Shown in pieces: positions 12,001-18,773 of a stretch of DNA of 64,000 bases. The position numbers and the translations under genes were made by a program. The stretch lies in the IMG/VR virus record IMGVR_UViG_3300026097_000876, positions 197,807 through 261,806 of that record. One strand, given 5' to 3'. Within the stretch, counting starts at the first letter, position 1, and each line of letters opens with the position of its first letter. Below the pieces are notes generated by a model. That model did not search any database and was not told the origin of the DNA. It saw only the letters and a program-made list of their open reading frames with translations.

Positions 12001-14199
12001 GTAGTTGTTATTAGAAAGAATACATCCGACGGGTCATTTTTACCAGATCCGAGATCTTATGACACTGTATTAAGCGGCGGAAATTTACAATTTTCTACAG
12101 CAAAAGGTATTAATCCAGAAGAAATAATTATCGACGGCGATGGATTTGTTACACCTACAACGTCTAAAGGTCCTGAAGAGCAAGTACCTGGGCAGGTTTT
12201 AGATACAGTTGATATTAAAGTATTCCATAGGCCTGAAGAGGGAGGTAGCACTCTTTCAAGCAATACTTACAGAGCAAACGGTACCCGGGATACGTTTGCA
12301 TTCGGAATTCAGCCACAAAACAAAGAAGGTTTAATTGTAAAACTTGACGAAAACATTCAACGTCAATCCTTATACACTGTCGATTACAAAAATAAGACTG
12401 TTAAATTTAACACAGTCCCTTCTATTAACGCAACAATTAATATTGTTTCAATTAGTGGTAATGGTAAAAATGTATTAGAACAAAGTGAAACAATCGGCGA
12501 CGGATCTTCTATATCCTATGTTACAAAAGCAAGATATACTAGTACGCTTGATTACTATGCTACAGTAAACGGAGTTGCTGTTGAATCGGTTCTAGTATCA
12601 AGTGACGACGGAAGTACTGAAGATTCTAATCCAAAAGCTACTATACTTTTTGGTAGTCCTCCGCCCGATAATAGCGTTATTAGTTATGCAATTTACAGTG
12701 CTGTAGATTCTTTTAGTAAAATTGAAACTACAGAATTTATAGGTGACGGAAGCACAAAAACATTCGACTTAGAAACAACACCATACAGTGCTCTTCCAAA
12801 CAGTCACAATGTAATTGTTAAACAAGGAAATAGAATACTAAATCCTGGGTTTAATCAACAATACAATATTACAGCATCTCAAAGAGAATATTTCTTAGAA
12901 ATTTGGCAATCGCCAATTGGAAGTTTTGATACTTCTGATGTACTTGTATTGATTAACGGTGTAGAACAAACTATTGCTGTAGACTATAATATCCGTCCTG
13001 CAAATAGTAGTATTATTCTTGAGCCTGGCATTGGCGCAGACGGTGATATTTTGGAAGTGTATTTAAGAACCGACGGAGACTATGCGTTTGGTAGTATACA
13101 GATTGTTAATAATCAAAATACTTGGATAGACAGCGGGTCAACTCTGCAGTTAGACTCGGCTCCTCCTGAAGGAGAAATATTAACAGTTTATACGTTTAAC
13201 AAACACGACGATATGGACTTTGAAAGAATTAACTATGATGTTGTTGCTAGAACAACTCTTGTGGTTGGTTCTGAAGACGACATACAATACAATCACATAA
13301 AAGGTGGTTTAGTTAAATTAAGATATGCAGCTGTTGATGCACAATATGTATGGTTAACAGTAAATGGGTTATTACAAACTCCGAGCGTTGATTACATTCT
13401 AACTGACGATAAACAGTACTTAAGATATAAAGGTAGTTTTGCAGATAATGATGTTGTTGAATTAATTCAATTTAGCTCATTAGGCCCACTAACACCTAAG
13501 TTTGGATTTAGTCAGTTTAAAGATATATTGAATAGAAATATATATAAACGTTTAGGAGATGTTGCACCATTAAAACTTGCTCGTGATTTAAATACATTTG
13601 ATAAAGAAATAATATTAGAAGACGCTTCTACAATAAGTGCTCCAGACAAAAATAGTAAAGTTCCAGGAATTATTTTTATTAACGGAGAACGTATTGAGTA
13701 TTTGATCAAACAAGAAAATACACTAAGGCAAATCCAGCGAGGCACATTAGGAACTGGAGTTCCGCAAACACACTTGTCAGGTAGCGATGTTTATAATGCT
13801 GCAAGTACACAAACAGCACCGTATGCAGATAATACTATCGTTGACGAAATCGACGGCGACGGTTCGACTTTTGTATTCGAATTAGGATTTACTCCAGCAA
13901 GTGTAAATGAGTTTGAAGTATTTGTTGCAGGTAGAAGATTGCGTAAAAATGAAATTCAAGTATTTGATGCTACTTTAGATCAAGACTCTCCCGAAGGGGA
14001 TGTTACTGCACCTGCTGAGTTTAGTGTTGATGGAATAACACCATTTGTAACTTTGTTAAATAAGCCAGCAGACGGTACAAAAATAAAAATTGTTAGAAGA
14101 CAAGGAACCTTGTGGACAGATCCAGGAACACCGCTTAATAATTCAGAAAGTTTAGTTGCACGTTTCTTTAAAGCCGAAAAGGTGGAGCTACCCAAATAA
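1..14199 (+). CDS. Giant virion structural protein (baseplate/tail-associated), 5'-truncated, >4,732 aa
   Basis: The frame of ORF 115..14199 has no stop back to position 1 (YYINNNDIEASG...). It contains FG-GAP-like blades (FGSNISVSND, FGSSVAMSPD, FGEDIAISND), CBM5/12-like modules, a GGGGSGATA motif and C-terminal GDGSTxTF repeats, and lies upstream of tail-collar genes. Confidence 0.8.
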   Translation, partial: YYINNNDIEASGLIIIKDIRDNTQLDVGSDIVGKKTYTMQNGYEMTNGMKVKFYGEITPAEYAIGNWYVEGVGESIRLVSEDDVLITADYLLDNATEFDEQGFSTLPFDNATSYASEKDYIVINRASPDNNQWSRYNRWTHRSVIETTATINNVPVMLDQTFRAVRPIIEFEAGLKLYNSGTFAKQSVDLVDTRTTDVFSQIEGQVGYFVDGVELVSGMRVLFTADPDSLVSGKIYEVNFISHNGSTQITLVETTDTAPLENETVLVKAGTNFKGKMFYYDGTDWKQSQDKTGVNQQPLFDLYNDEGTALSDLDGSSFVGNKLFSYKVGNGSNDTELGFPLSYRTIENSGDIVFDFNLLADTYTYDQLTDVITSSTDTAVLRKYTSRSSFNSVSGWTTASKKSEQWVVQQPEVKTRTNNFKIDVYDRSGDLTDLAIKVYVNNTRYTENDQYTIVKVNGFAYVTFSNNLTSGDKLVIKTNTSATKNEKGFYEFPINFEKNPQNENVTTFTLGEVLDHVSSIVDNNDEVTGTFPGVGNLRDVGQLSKYGLKFVKHSGPINLALYNLTNKDYDAIGAIRYAGLEYIKFKREFLRIANELGFDGVDKVHVDKILTTLNSTKTNQDSFYFSDMVPYGNDSLTTHNIDDPSETIFSLTRGIDFTTLNEYAVLPYLNNKLLTKDKDYSISTSGFLTLEIPVKANDVLDVYEFESTDGCWIPPTPTKLGLYPKYRPEAYLDDTYIYVTPESTGPYKIYGRDETTTDTSYKNKLGWFYPLYTSEEDAQNADRANGGTGMAHDHVFAGYNKIFYMPNSAMNHATADDNRFEEWPAAQPIIQGHDGSRWRCFGDYRDHLLLDLERRIYNNIKQPYNETILDIADFVETKGRQTQFGRYKVTKTMISDFNRWSETVGNPDYSTNTYFDRTNGFTFNYSKFADPNNNSLPGFWRAVYKDFYNTDRPHSHPWEILGLTEKPDWWEEVYGEAPYTRNNLILWEDLSKGIVKEPGKKIVYRNKFKNSLIYTYIPVDDQGNLLDPANCGLAKDGIDSTYSEPFVFGDEGPVETAWRRSSHYPFSLITAWALHQPAQFFGLAFDRSRIARNSAGQLVYTDTSKTIELDQLKFPNSSTDSSRVLTAGIVNYIQGYLAQNQTVQFSQYQTEIKSLQNKIGAKLGGFTQKDKFKLILDSRTPTNEGNIFVPEENYKINLVKSVPINVYTYSGVIIEIVPSGYIIRGYDKENPYFKTYSTIKKNADPLISVGGTSESFLAWTSRKFYEVGQIVELNEVYYRVKVSHTSGDNFNLDNFQKLAELPEEGGAKAFFRKNFDRTEVIEIPYGTLYREIQDVVDFILGYEQYLISVGFTFDSFNQDLEEVENWSLSAKEYMFWTTQNWESGTVLTLSPSARQVNFEEEYVVADDIYNNFYDYSLLKSDGKRLLADFATTERDNTNSFGIYVKNTEDGIYNLKVPVVQHEHVIILDNRTVFGDVIYNRPQGYRQERIKVKGYRSDDWNGSYNIPGFIFDDATVNEWQSYQDYSIGSLIKHKQYYYVAKANITGTEFFEDTNYVRLNEKPEQALLPNWDYKAKQFLDFYDLDSDNFDTEQQRLAQHLIGYQNRTYLENIINDDVSQFKFFQGAIQDKGTKNVLTKLFDKLGSASKDSLEFYEEWAVRVGRYGATTGDDQFEVLLDEEKYRLSPQPVELVEVVDPQDTSLVYRLDRNNILVKSQNYDHKPFPVKYFNDNNSYTKTAGYVNSSDVSMSLLNYDEILDKTLSEIPGNSYLWVALQKNQQTWAVYKHTQTEFKITSISDSNNTTFDITLNRAPNFEIGDIIGVNDVNDDVDKFYKISNISLNVVSLLTTDSITADDEISGYITEFKNTRLARLSEANSLIDSAKRFDIDNNSVASDIIWVDDDDTGKWIVLENNQVFELKPDIKNTLAGLFDSTQKDFGSNISVSNDNNLIAISAPKDLNGSVYIYQRPSDNTDFGYLQQIDEQTLISDQQGGFGSSVAMSPDKKYLAIGSPNASNVKTKFKGDYRSSNAYVANDIVLHDTQLWKAKRTIESELSRIFDTHASNQQSIEDDYDSTDQSYPEIPFMIRGDYSLGADESTDHILIRAETDQWEGTKAGDRLFLKWNKYTTTNKLGTQPFNNDSVLTETFINGEHTIVNKVSAICHVQSTLLVPEVGSEITTDVGKATVVYRKVNDENQMTLYLSNINGQIGDVGTFLQNGVTVGDYELVLPIRDDYHSGWWYINVGSTFTSSNLTETNANLVVQTIKLENDFSTPTPYFTNILDVVQNRDQTKPTQPSYLGVLSHTQGQTLIDIIDSRWYFRTELTHGSNVQVGDNANFWLNSIKVNDLVQDPSAINLSFDYLNNTQHTVDDIWDGWTEVRLTNFDLNGDPFLPLVGDTLSDTATGETAEIAFIERAFGTAKIYLKNRSGAWALGSDFGEPSNATFIQNDSTLRTIGPINSTHMQNSISGPIIVIDKAENIAIPSTNYIQDLEYWHYSVSAVQGIIDSTTPPSSINLDWTRVFNIPASPEGTQSGLTNEGMFAIYEFSGSTYQLINYFTVPNSASYRQLGTNMMFSQTNDNYRLFVHASGNNTELNQGRIYYFDKSDTENWSIGTEPNYRGLYRTSGTYFEGEYTKFGDTVYEAKTNLIPGIFNPSQWTEIGSGIDLLGYVPNDTNFSISESTLSQDMLEEFGSVFDVSNDGNVLIAAARYTNTQDSSVPNIKIVVYRKINDQYVYSQLLEPSDLTENFGEDIAISNDGKKIAVGASYNSNVSSANGAVYIYMQHGDSFVYNQTIRPKDVSPNTRFGARLDFDGNTLAVTAKGGDIVIATLVDSGSTTFDNNNTEFTTVDNNSGLVSVYETVNDTLLYGQDFSYDRDTEDFGNVIKVKNNHVYIGLPTQAVSTNNIVDRGVVSEFRKPANSTTWSITRSPVLPADLSKFKGVFLYNKNDNSLVSYVDYIDPIQGKIAGPAEQEISFKTSYDPARYSNSTTTSVVSNTLDFTSDKWIGKLWWDIGSARFINHHQGDIIQSTANFNKLFPGTQVDVYEWVETTLTPSEWDEQSGTESGLTNGISGTTKYGNTAYSVRRRYNSASQTFTNYYYYWVRNKQTLPNIDSNRVTTAFDVARYISDPAGINHKFVAILGDNRFSIYNCESLIQDKDIAISFNWWTIENQQQNVHNEYQLISDGLSTSTPNNEIEQKWFDSLVGFDTNDRPVPDINLPMKQRYGSLNEPRQSWFINKTEARKQFIERTNKVLSQNLIVDDFDLSGLTEFDPLPTVATGIFDTTSDSFAELSFVSIARVKPATLTLEIENGVIINVLITDPGEGYINSPTYVISDSQGTEGELEFTLDSNGKINNVNIINGGKNYSQNARISIRKFAVLVKNDENINGKWSVFQWDGSEWLRTLTQSYDVNLYWKYIDWYQTGYNQFTLINHLINSSYELFGLDDQIGEVVKIKSIGTGGWLLLRKVDNQDVTDYSINYQTIGRENGTIEFLDSLYDVNSENIAFDGANYDKIFYDTEPVEEFRKIISIIKNNIFVDQLQLHWNELFFAGLRYVFTEQPNVDWAFKTSFVKAKHNIGELAQKITFQNDSLPSYQDYVEEMKPYKTKIREYLSSYEKIDPANNVVTDFDLPPVYDELEGKIVPQSVQIINDEVVSGTSDLTVYPAKHWLDNVGFEITKINIASAGNGYVEAPIINITGGGGSGATAKAFIGNGQVVSIEVTNPGQGYLSQPTIEVIGSIEEGGSVARLSPVFGNGKVKSAHLRCKFDRVTGTYLFQTLEETETFTSSIDQLFIDLKWPMELKSTNITVTVDGLESLRSEYTFENVEDTSKGYTRYYGRINFTNALSLGRSVSIKYNKAPDLLQAQDRINLYYNPSTGMFGNELGQLLDGIDYGGVEVTSFDFGAGSGWDSDSWFTSTYDTFDTTYEDEIFQLDGSTEVFALSRPLEDGVEYNIYLNGVKIDDPNFGDDDSSLVTNENAVIRSITGDGVTTTVTILNDVQRFKANDVVVIRKNTSDGSFLPDPRSYDTVLSGGNLQFSTAKGINPEEIIIDGDGFVTPTTSKGPEEQVPGQVLDTVDIKVFHRPEEGGSTLSSNTYRANGTRDTFAFGIQPQNKEGLIVKLDENIQRQSLYTVDYKNKTVKFNTVPSINATINIVSISGNGKNVLEQSETIGDGSSISYVTKARYTSTLDYYATVNGVAVESVLVSSDDGSTEDSNPKATILFGSPPPDNSVISYAIYSAVDSFSKIETTEFIGDGSTKTFDLETTPYSALPNSHNVIVKQGNRILNPGFNQQYNITASQREYFLEIWQSPIGSFDTSDVLVLINGVEQTIAVDYNIRPANSSIILEPGIGADGDILEVYLRTDGDYAFGSIQIVNNQNTWIDSGSTLQLDSAPPEGEILTVYTFNKHDDMDFERINYDVVARTTLVVGSEDDIQYNHIKGGLVKLRYAAVDAQYVWLTVNGLLQTPSVDYILTDDKQYLRYKGSFADNDVVELIQFSSLGPLTPKFGFSQFKDILNRNIYKRLGDVAPLKLARDLNTFDKEIILEDASTISAPDKNSKVPGIIFINGERIEYLIKQENTLRQIQRGTLGTGVPQTHLSGSDVYNAASTQTAPYADNTIVDEIDGDGSTFVFELGFTPASVNEFEVFVAGRRLRKNEIQVFDATLDQDSPEGDVTAPAEFSVDGITPFVTLLNKPADGTKIKIVRRQGTLWTDPGTPLNNSESLVARFFKAEKVELPK

Positions 14200-14203
14200 A
14201 TAC
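14196..14203 (+). promoter_or_regulatory. T4-type late promoter motif ATAAATAC
   Basis: Overlaps the stop of the giant ORF, 17 nt before the ATG at 14220; matches TATAAATA at 7/8. Confidence 0.6.
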
Positions 14204-14219
14204 AGTATAGGGAAAAGAT

Positions 14220-14831
14220 ATGATTGATACTATCAACGAACAAAATGGAGTAATGCTCCAAGGACATATTAAGATAACAGATCCGACATCGGGCGAAGTC
14301 TTAATTGATAAACGTAACGCTATTCATTACGAAAATATGAGTATTAGTCTTGCAGAAAGTTTAGCTAATGCAGGACAGGGATTTGTTTATGAAATGGCAT
14401 TTGGCAATGGTGGAACAAGCATCGATCCAACTGGTATTATTACATATCTTACTCCTAACAGTACAGGCACCAACGCAAGTTTGTATAATCAAACTTTTAT
14501 TAAAGTAGTAGATGACAGAAGTGTTAACAACACTGATCCTGCTAGAAATAAAATTGAATCAAGACACGTAAGTGGTACTAACTATACTGACATTGTTGTT
14601 ACTTGCCTACTTGACTATGGTGAACCTAGCGGGCAAGATGCTGTTGATAATGCAACTAATGCTGATAGTTTGTATGTGTTTGACGAACTTGGTTTAGTTA
14701 GTTATTCACCGTCAGGGCAAGGCAGGCTTTTGACACATGTTATTTTTCACCCGGTGCAAAAATCATTGAATAGACTTATTCAAATTGATTACACAGTTAG
14801 GGTACAAAGTTTATCGGGGTTTAATGAATAA
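14220..14831 (+). CDS. Virion structural protein (baseplate/tail-collar fibre-like)
   Basis: 203 aa in the tail cluster; the C-terminal DELGL...LLTHVIFHPVQK...IDYTV resembles phage tail-collar/baseplate proteins. Confidence 0.55.
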   Translation: MIDTINEQNGVMLQGHIKITDPTSGEVLIDKRNAIHYENMSISLAESLANAGQGFVYEMAFGNGGTSIDPTGIITYLTPNSTGTNASLYNQTFIKVVDDRSVNNTDPARNKIESRHVSGTNYTDIVVTCLLDYGEPSGQDAVDNATNADSLYVFDELGLVSYSPSGQGRLLTHVIFHPVQKSLNRLIQIDYTVRVQSLSGFNE

Positions 14832-16912
14832 TGGCATATACAATTAACTATTCCGACACGAACAAAGGTACTATTGCAATTGAAGATAGTACAATTAATC
14901 AGCAAACTAGTTTAGATTTACCTGGACGTAATACAACTAGTTATGGATCTGTTATTGCAGAAAGTTTTTTAAAAGTTTTAGAAAATTTTGCAAATGACAC
15001 AGCACCTAGGAATCCGGTTCAAGGACAATTGTGGTATGATAGTTCGACTGGTATTAATACGTTAAAGTTATATGACGGAACAGGATGGGTCAGTGCTAGC
15101 GGATTAAAAAAGGGAAATACAGCTCCAGAAGTTGCAAATGCTCTTGCAGGAGATTTATGGAGCGATACTGATAATAATCAGCTATACATTTTTACTGGAA
15201 GTGGATGGACACTTGTAGGACCTGAATATAGTGACGGTTTATTAACTGGCGCAAAGCCTGCTGTGGTAACAGGTAAAGATGATATCCTATATACTATTCT
15301 ACAAATAGAAGTAGGCGGATCACCAATTGCAATTTATAGCACTAAAACATTTCAACCAAAAAGCACTATTGCAGGATTTACAAGCATAAGACCGGGTCTT
15401 AACTTATCTAGTTTAAATATTGGCGGCTCGGGCATTAGTAAGTATTTTGGTACTAGCGAAAAAGCAGAAAGTTTAGTTGTAAATAACGAAGTAGTTATTG
15501 CAAGCAAGTTTTTAAGAAACGATGTAACAAGTACATCGAACGAACAAATTATTATTAGCAATAACAAAGGCATACAAGTTGGTCAGACAGCAACTGTTAC
15601 ATTTGACGTTCAGGGAACATCTGGAGTCGTTACAAATTTAACATCAGGTGCACCTATTGACTTTAAAGTTAATAATTTAGGTGTACAAAAAAATGTTATC
15701 AGAATTGACTCAACAGAAAAAGTTGGTATTAACACACTGTCTCCTGCAGAAGCATTAGACGTTAACGGCTCTATACAAACAAGCGATAATTTAATTGTTC
15801 AAGGAACAACTGATAGCGCAAGCATTGGTACTGGATCAGTTAAAATTAGTGGCGGAGTTGGTATTGCTAAAAAACTATTCATCGGCACTGATCTAAATGT
15901 AGCCGGAACTAGCACAACAGGATCAATTTTACCTGCCGCAACCCAAACGTCATCGTTGGGATCAACTGAAAAACGTTGGTCTGCAGTTCATGCAGTTGAA
16001 TTTAGAGGAAACTTAATTGGTAATATTACAGGTACAGTAACAGGTGGTGCCACAAACGCAAACAAATTAACTAGTGCTACAACATTTGAAATAACAGGAG
16101 ATGTTAGTTCTAATCAAATTACATTTGATGGACAAGTAGGCGGAACCTCAAAAACATTTTCCACAGAAATTAGCAACACATTTATTGCGGCAAAAACACC
16201 AGTAACTACGCCCAACGACGATGACGAAATTATTATTAATAGAATTTCAGGAGATGAAACTGGCGTATTTAAAATCTCTCAACAAGCATTAGTAAGTAGT
16301 GTTCCGGTTATTCCAATTGGTACAATTATTCCTTTTGCAGGCATTAATCTTCCAGGAGGTTGGTTGTTATGCGATGGCAGCGAAGTTAGGATTTCAGATT
16401 ATTTAACACTGTATAATACTATCTTATACCAATTCAAAGACCAGAGTCAAGTAGCTTCAGGATTCTTTGGATTGCCAGATCTTAGAGGTAGATTCCCACT
16501 AGGTGCAGATAACATGGGCGGCACAAGTGCAAATCGTGTAACTGATGTTAACGCAGATACTGTTGGTCTTGCATCAGGTGTAGAAAGTAGATCAATTGAT
16601 GTTAGAAATCTACCAGAGCATGAACACGATCTAAGATCGCCAAAAGGCGCTCAGTTTTATGTTATTCTTGATGACAGTGGTGTACAACAAGATGCTGATA
16701 CTATTCCATATGACGCTCCTACAGGTTCTCAAGCAGGACAAGCAAGAACTAGTTCAGGCGGCGTGTTGAACAGAAGAAATATTACTTATAATGCTGAAAC
16801 AGGACTAGAAGAATTTCAAACATTTGATATTACAGAATTAGGGACACCGTTTAATGTATTAAACCCATTCTTAACAGTCAAATATATTATCTATACGGGA
16901 GTTGGGGGCTAA
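14831..16912 (+). CDS. Tail fibre/baseplate protein with phage tail-collar domain
   Basis: Collar motif IPIGTIIPFAG...GWLLCDG...LPDLRGRFPLG; N-terminal domain shared with the next two genes; TAATG overlap. Confidence 0.8.
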   Translation: MAYTINYSDTNKGTIAIEDSTINQQTSLDLPGRNTTSYGSVIAESFLKVLENFANDTAPRNPVQGQLWYDSSTGINTLKLYDGTGWVSASGLKKGNTAPEVANALAGDLWSDTDNNQLYIFTGSGWTLVGPEYSDGLLTGAKPAVVTGKDDILYTILQIEVGGSPIAIYSTKTFQPKSTIAGFTSIRPGLNLSSLNIGGSGISKYFGTSEKAESLVVNNEVVIASKFLRNDVTSTSNEQIIISNNKGIQVGQTATVTFDVQGTSGVVTNLTSGAPIDFKVNNLGVQKNVIRIDSTEKVGINTLSPAEALDVNGSIQTSDNLIVQGTTDSASIGTGSVKISGGVGIAKKLFIGTDLNVAGTSTTGSILPAATQTSSLGSTEKRWSAVHAVEFRGNLIGNITGTVTGGATNANKLTSATTFEITGDVSSNQITFDGQVGGTSKTFSTEISNTFIAAKTPVTTPNDDDEIIINRISGDETGVFKISQQALVSSVPVIPIGTIIPFAGINLPGGWLLCDGSEVRISDYLTLYNTILYQFKDQSQVASGFFGLPDLRGRFPLGADNMGGTSANRVTDVNADTVGLASGVESRSIDVRNLPEHEHDLRSPKGAQFYVILDDSGVQQDADTIPYDAPTGSQAGQARTSSGGVLNRRNITYNAETGLEEFQTFDITELGTPFNVLNPFLTVKYIIYTGVGG

Positions 16913-18744
16913 TGGCATATCAAATTAACAAAACAAGTGGCGCACTACTTGTTAACTTGGCAGATGGACAAATTGATGTAACATCATCAGATATTACACT
17001 AATTGGTAGAGGATACTCGGGGTTTGGTGAAGCAGTTAACGAAAACTTCGTTAAGATGTTAGAAAATTTTGCAAGTCCATCTGCACCTACACAACCGTTA
17101 GCTGGGCAACTATGGTGGGATACATCTGCATCTCGTTTAAAGGTTTATACAGGGACAAACTGGACAACTGGCGGCGGACCTATTGTACAATCAACACAAC
17201 CTGTTATGGTCGCCGGCGATCTTTGGATTAATAACGAAGCTAATCAACTTTATTTCTTTGACGGAACAGACTTAACACTAGCAGGCCCTGTATATAATGC
17301 GTTCCAGGGAATATCAGGACCTGAAGTAATCACAGTACTTGACAATACAGGAACAAGCAGAACTATTGTTAAGTATTGGGTAGGCGGAACATTAGTAGGA
17401 CTATGGAGTAAGATTGGCTTTACTCCGCAAAATATAGATACTATTCCAAACTTTAGTGGAGACGTTGTTAAAGGATTTAACGTTGTTGATGACGACTTTA
17501 TTTTTGCAGGCACAGCAAGTAGAACTGAAACACTTGTTGACTCTAATAATGTTGCAAGAACAGCAGCTCAGTTTTTAGCTAGTGATAGTGATGATGCAAC
17601 TTCGGGTGCGTTAACAGTTAGAAACAACAACGGTTTAACAATTGGATTAACAGACAATCACGTTACAAAGGTTACTAGCGTAGGAGTAGTTGCCGAAAAC
17701 AACATTAGTAATCAAGACTTTATTGTTAGGATGACTAATTCGGGTGGTAAACAAGATGCAATAACTATTAAATCACAAACAAATCGAGTTGGAATCTACA
17801 ATGAATCTCCTGCATACACTCTTGATGTAGGCGGCGATGCTAGAATTGGCGGAGACTTAATAGTTGACGGTGATACAGTTTCGATTAATGTTACTGAGTT
17901 AAATGTAGAAGATAAGAGCATTACACTTGCTAAGCCAAGCGATAGCACAGGACTTGGCGATACTGACGTCGACGAATCAGGAATTATAGTCGCCTCAGTA
18001 GACGGTGACAAAGAATTCCTCTGGAGAACATCGACTAGTTCTTGGACAACAAACCAAAGTATAAATTTAACAAATGGAGCAAAACTTAAATCCAACGGAG
18101 TGGATCTAATTGACGGTACATCTGCACCAGGTATTACTTCATTAGGTAGTTTATCAAGTGCAACTATTGGTAATATGACATTTGACGGTGTTAGAATACA
18201 ATCTAGTTCAACCGATCTTGATGGAAACGGATTTACTTTAAATATTGCTGGCCCTGTTAGTTTAACTACAACGCAGACTATTAAAAATGTTTCTGATCCT
18301 GTGGATCTCCAAGATGTTGCTACAAAAAATTATGTAGACAGTCAAATCAACTTAGAAGTTATTCCTTTAGCACTAGATATCACTGGACTAGGAACAGGCG
18401 CAACATTGCAATCAAATATTGCAGTAATTCTTAATGATATAGCACCTACTAGTATTAAAGAAGACGGAACTGAAGCAAGAGTACACTGTACAACTACTAC
18501 TGGTGCTACAGCAACACTTACAGGAACTTCTTTGAATACAGCGTTTAACGAAAGTACAGCTATTGTACAGCAATTAGACGGAGGAGGAAATGACGATGGA
18601 TCAGTTGGTGTCATTCAAAGTGCTACATTTAACGATGCAACAGGTTCAATTTCTTCTACAGTATCAAGATCATTAAAATTATTTAGAGTGATTAGCGGAT
18701 CATGGACTTATGTACAAGACCTAACTCCGGGCGTATTAGTATAA
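16912..18744 (+). CDS. Tail fibre-like protein, paralogue 2
   Basis: N-terminus MAYQIN...GFGEAVNENFVKMLENFA...GQLWWD; G/T/S-rich beta repeats; QDVATKNYVD fibre motif. Confidence 0.7.
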   Translation: MAYQINKTSGALLVNLADGQIDVTSSDITLIGRGYSGFGEAVNENFVKMLENFASPSAPTQPLAGQLWWDTSASRLKVYTGTNWTTGGGPIVQSTQPVMVAGDLWINNEANQLYFFDGTDLTLAGPVYNAFQGISGPEVITVLDNTGTSRTIVKYWVGGTLVGLWSKIGFTPQNIDTIPNFSGDVVKGFNVVDDDFIFAGTASRTETLVDSNNVARTAAQFLASDSDDATSGALTVRNNNGLTIGLTDNHVTKVTSVGVVAENNISNQDFIVRMTNSGGKQDAITIKSQTNRVGIYNESPAYTLDVGGDARIGGDLIVDGDTVSINVTELNVEDKSITLAKPSDSTGLGDTDVDESGIIVASVDGDKEFLWRTSTSSWTTNQSINLTNGAKLKSNGVDLIDGTSAPGITSLGSLSSATIGNMTFDGVRIQSSSTDLDGNGFTLNIAGPVSLTTTQTIKNVSDPVDLQDVATKNYVDSQINLEVIPLALDITGLGTGATLQSNIAVILNDIAPTSIKEDGTEARVHCTTTTGATATLTGTSLNTAFNESTAIVQQLDGGGNDDGSVGVIQSATFNDATGSISSTVSRSLKLFRVISGSWTYVQDLTPGVLV

Positions 18745-18747
18745 ATA
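18740..18747 (+). promoter_or_regulatory. T4-type late promoter TATAAATA
   Basis: Exact consensus overlapping the upstream stop, 27 nt before the ATG at 18774. Confidence 0.7.
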
Positions 18748-18773
18748 CATGTAACACAATTAGGGGTTTATAA

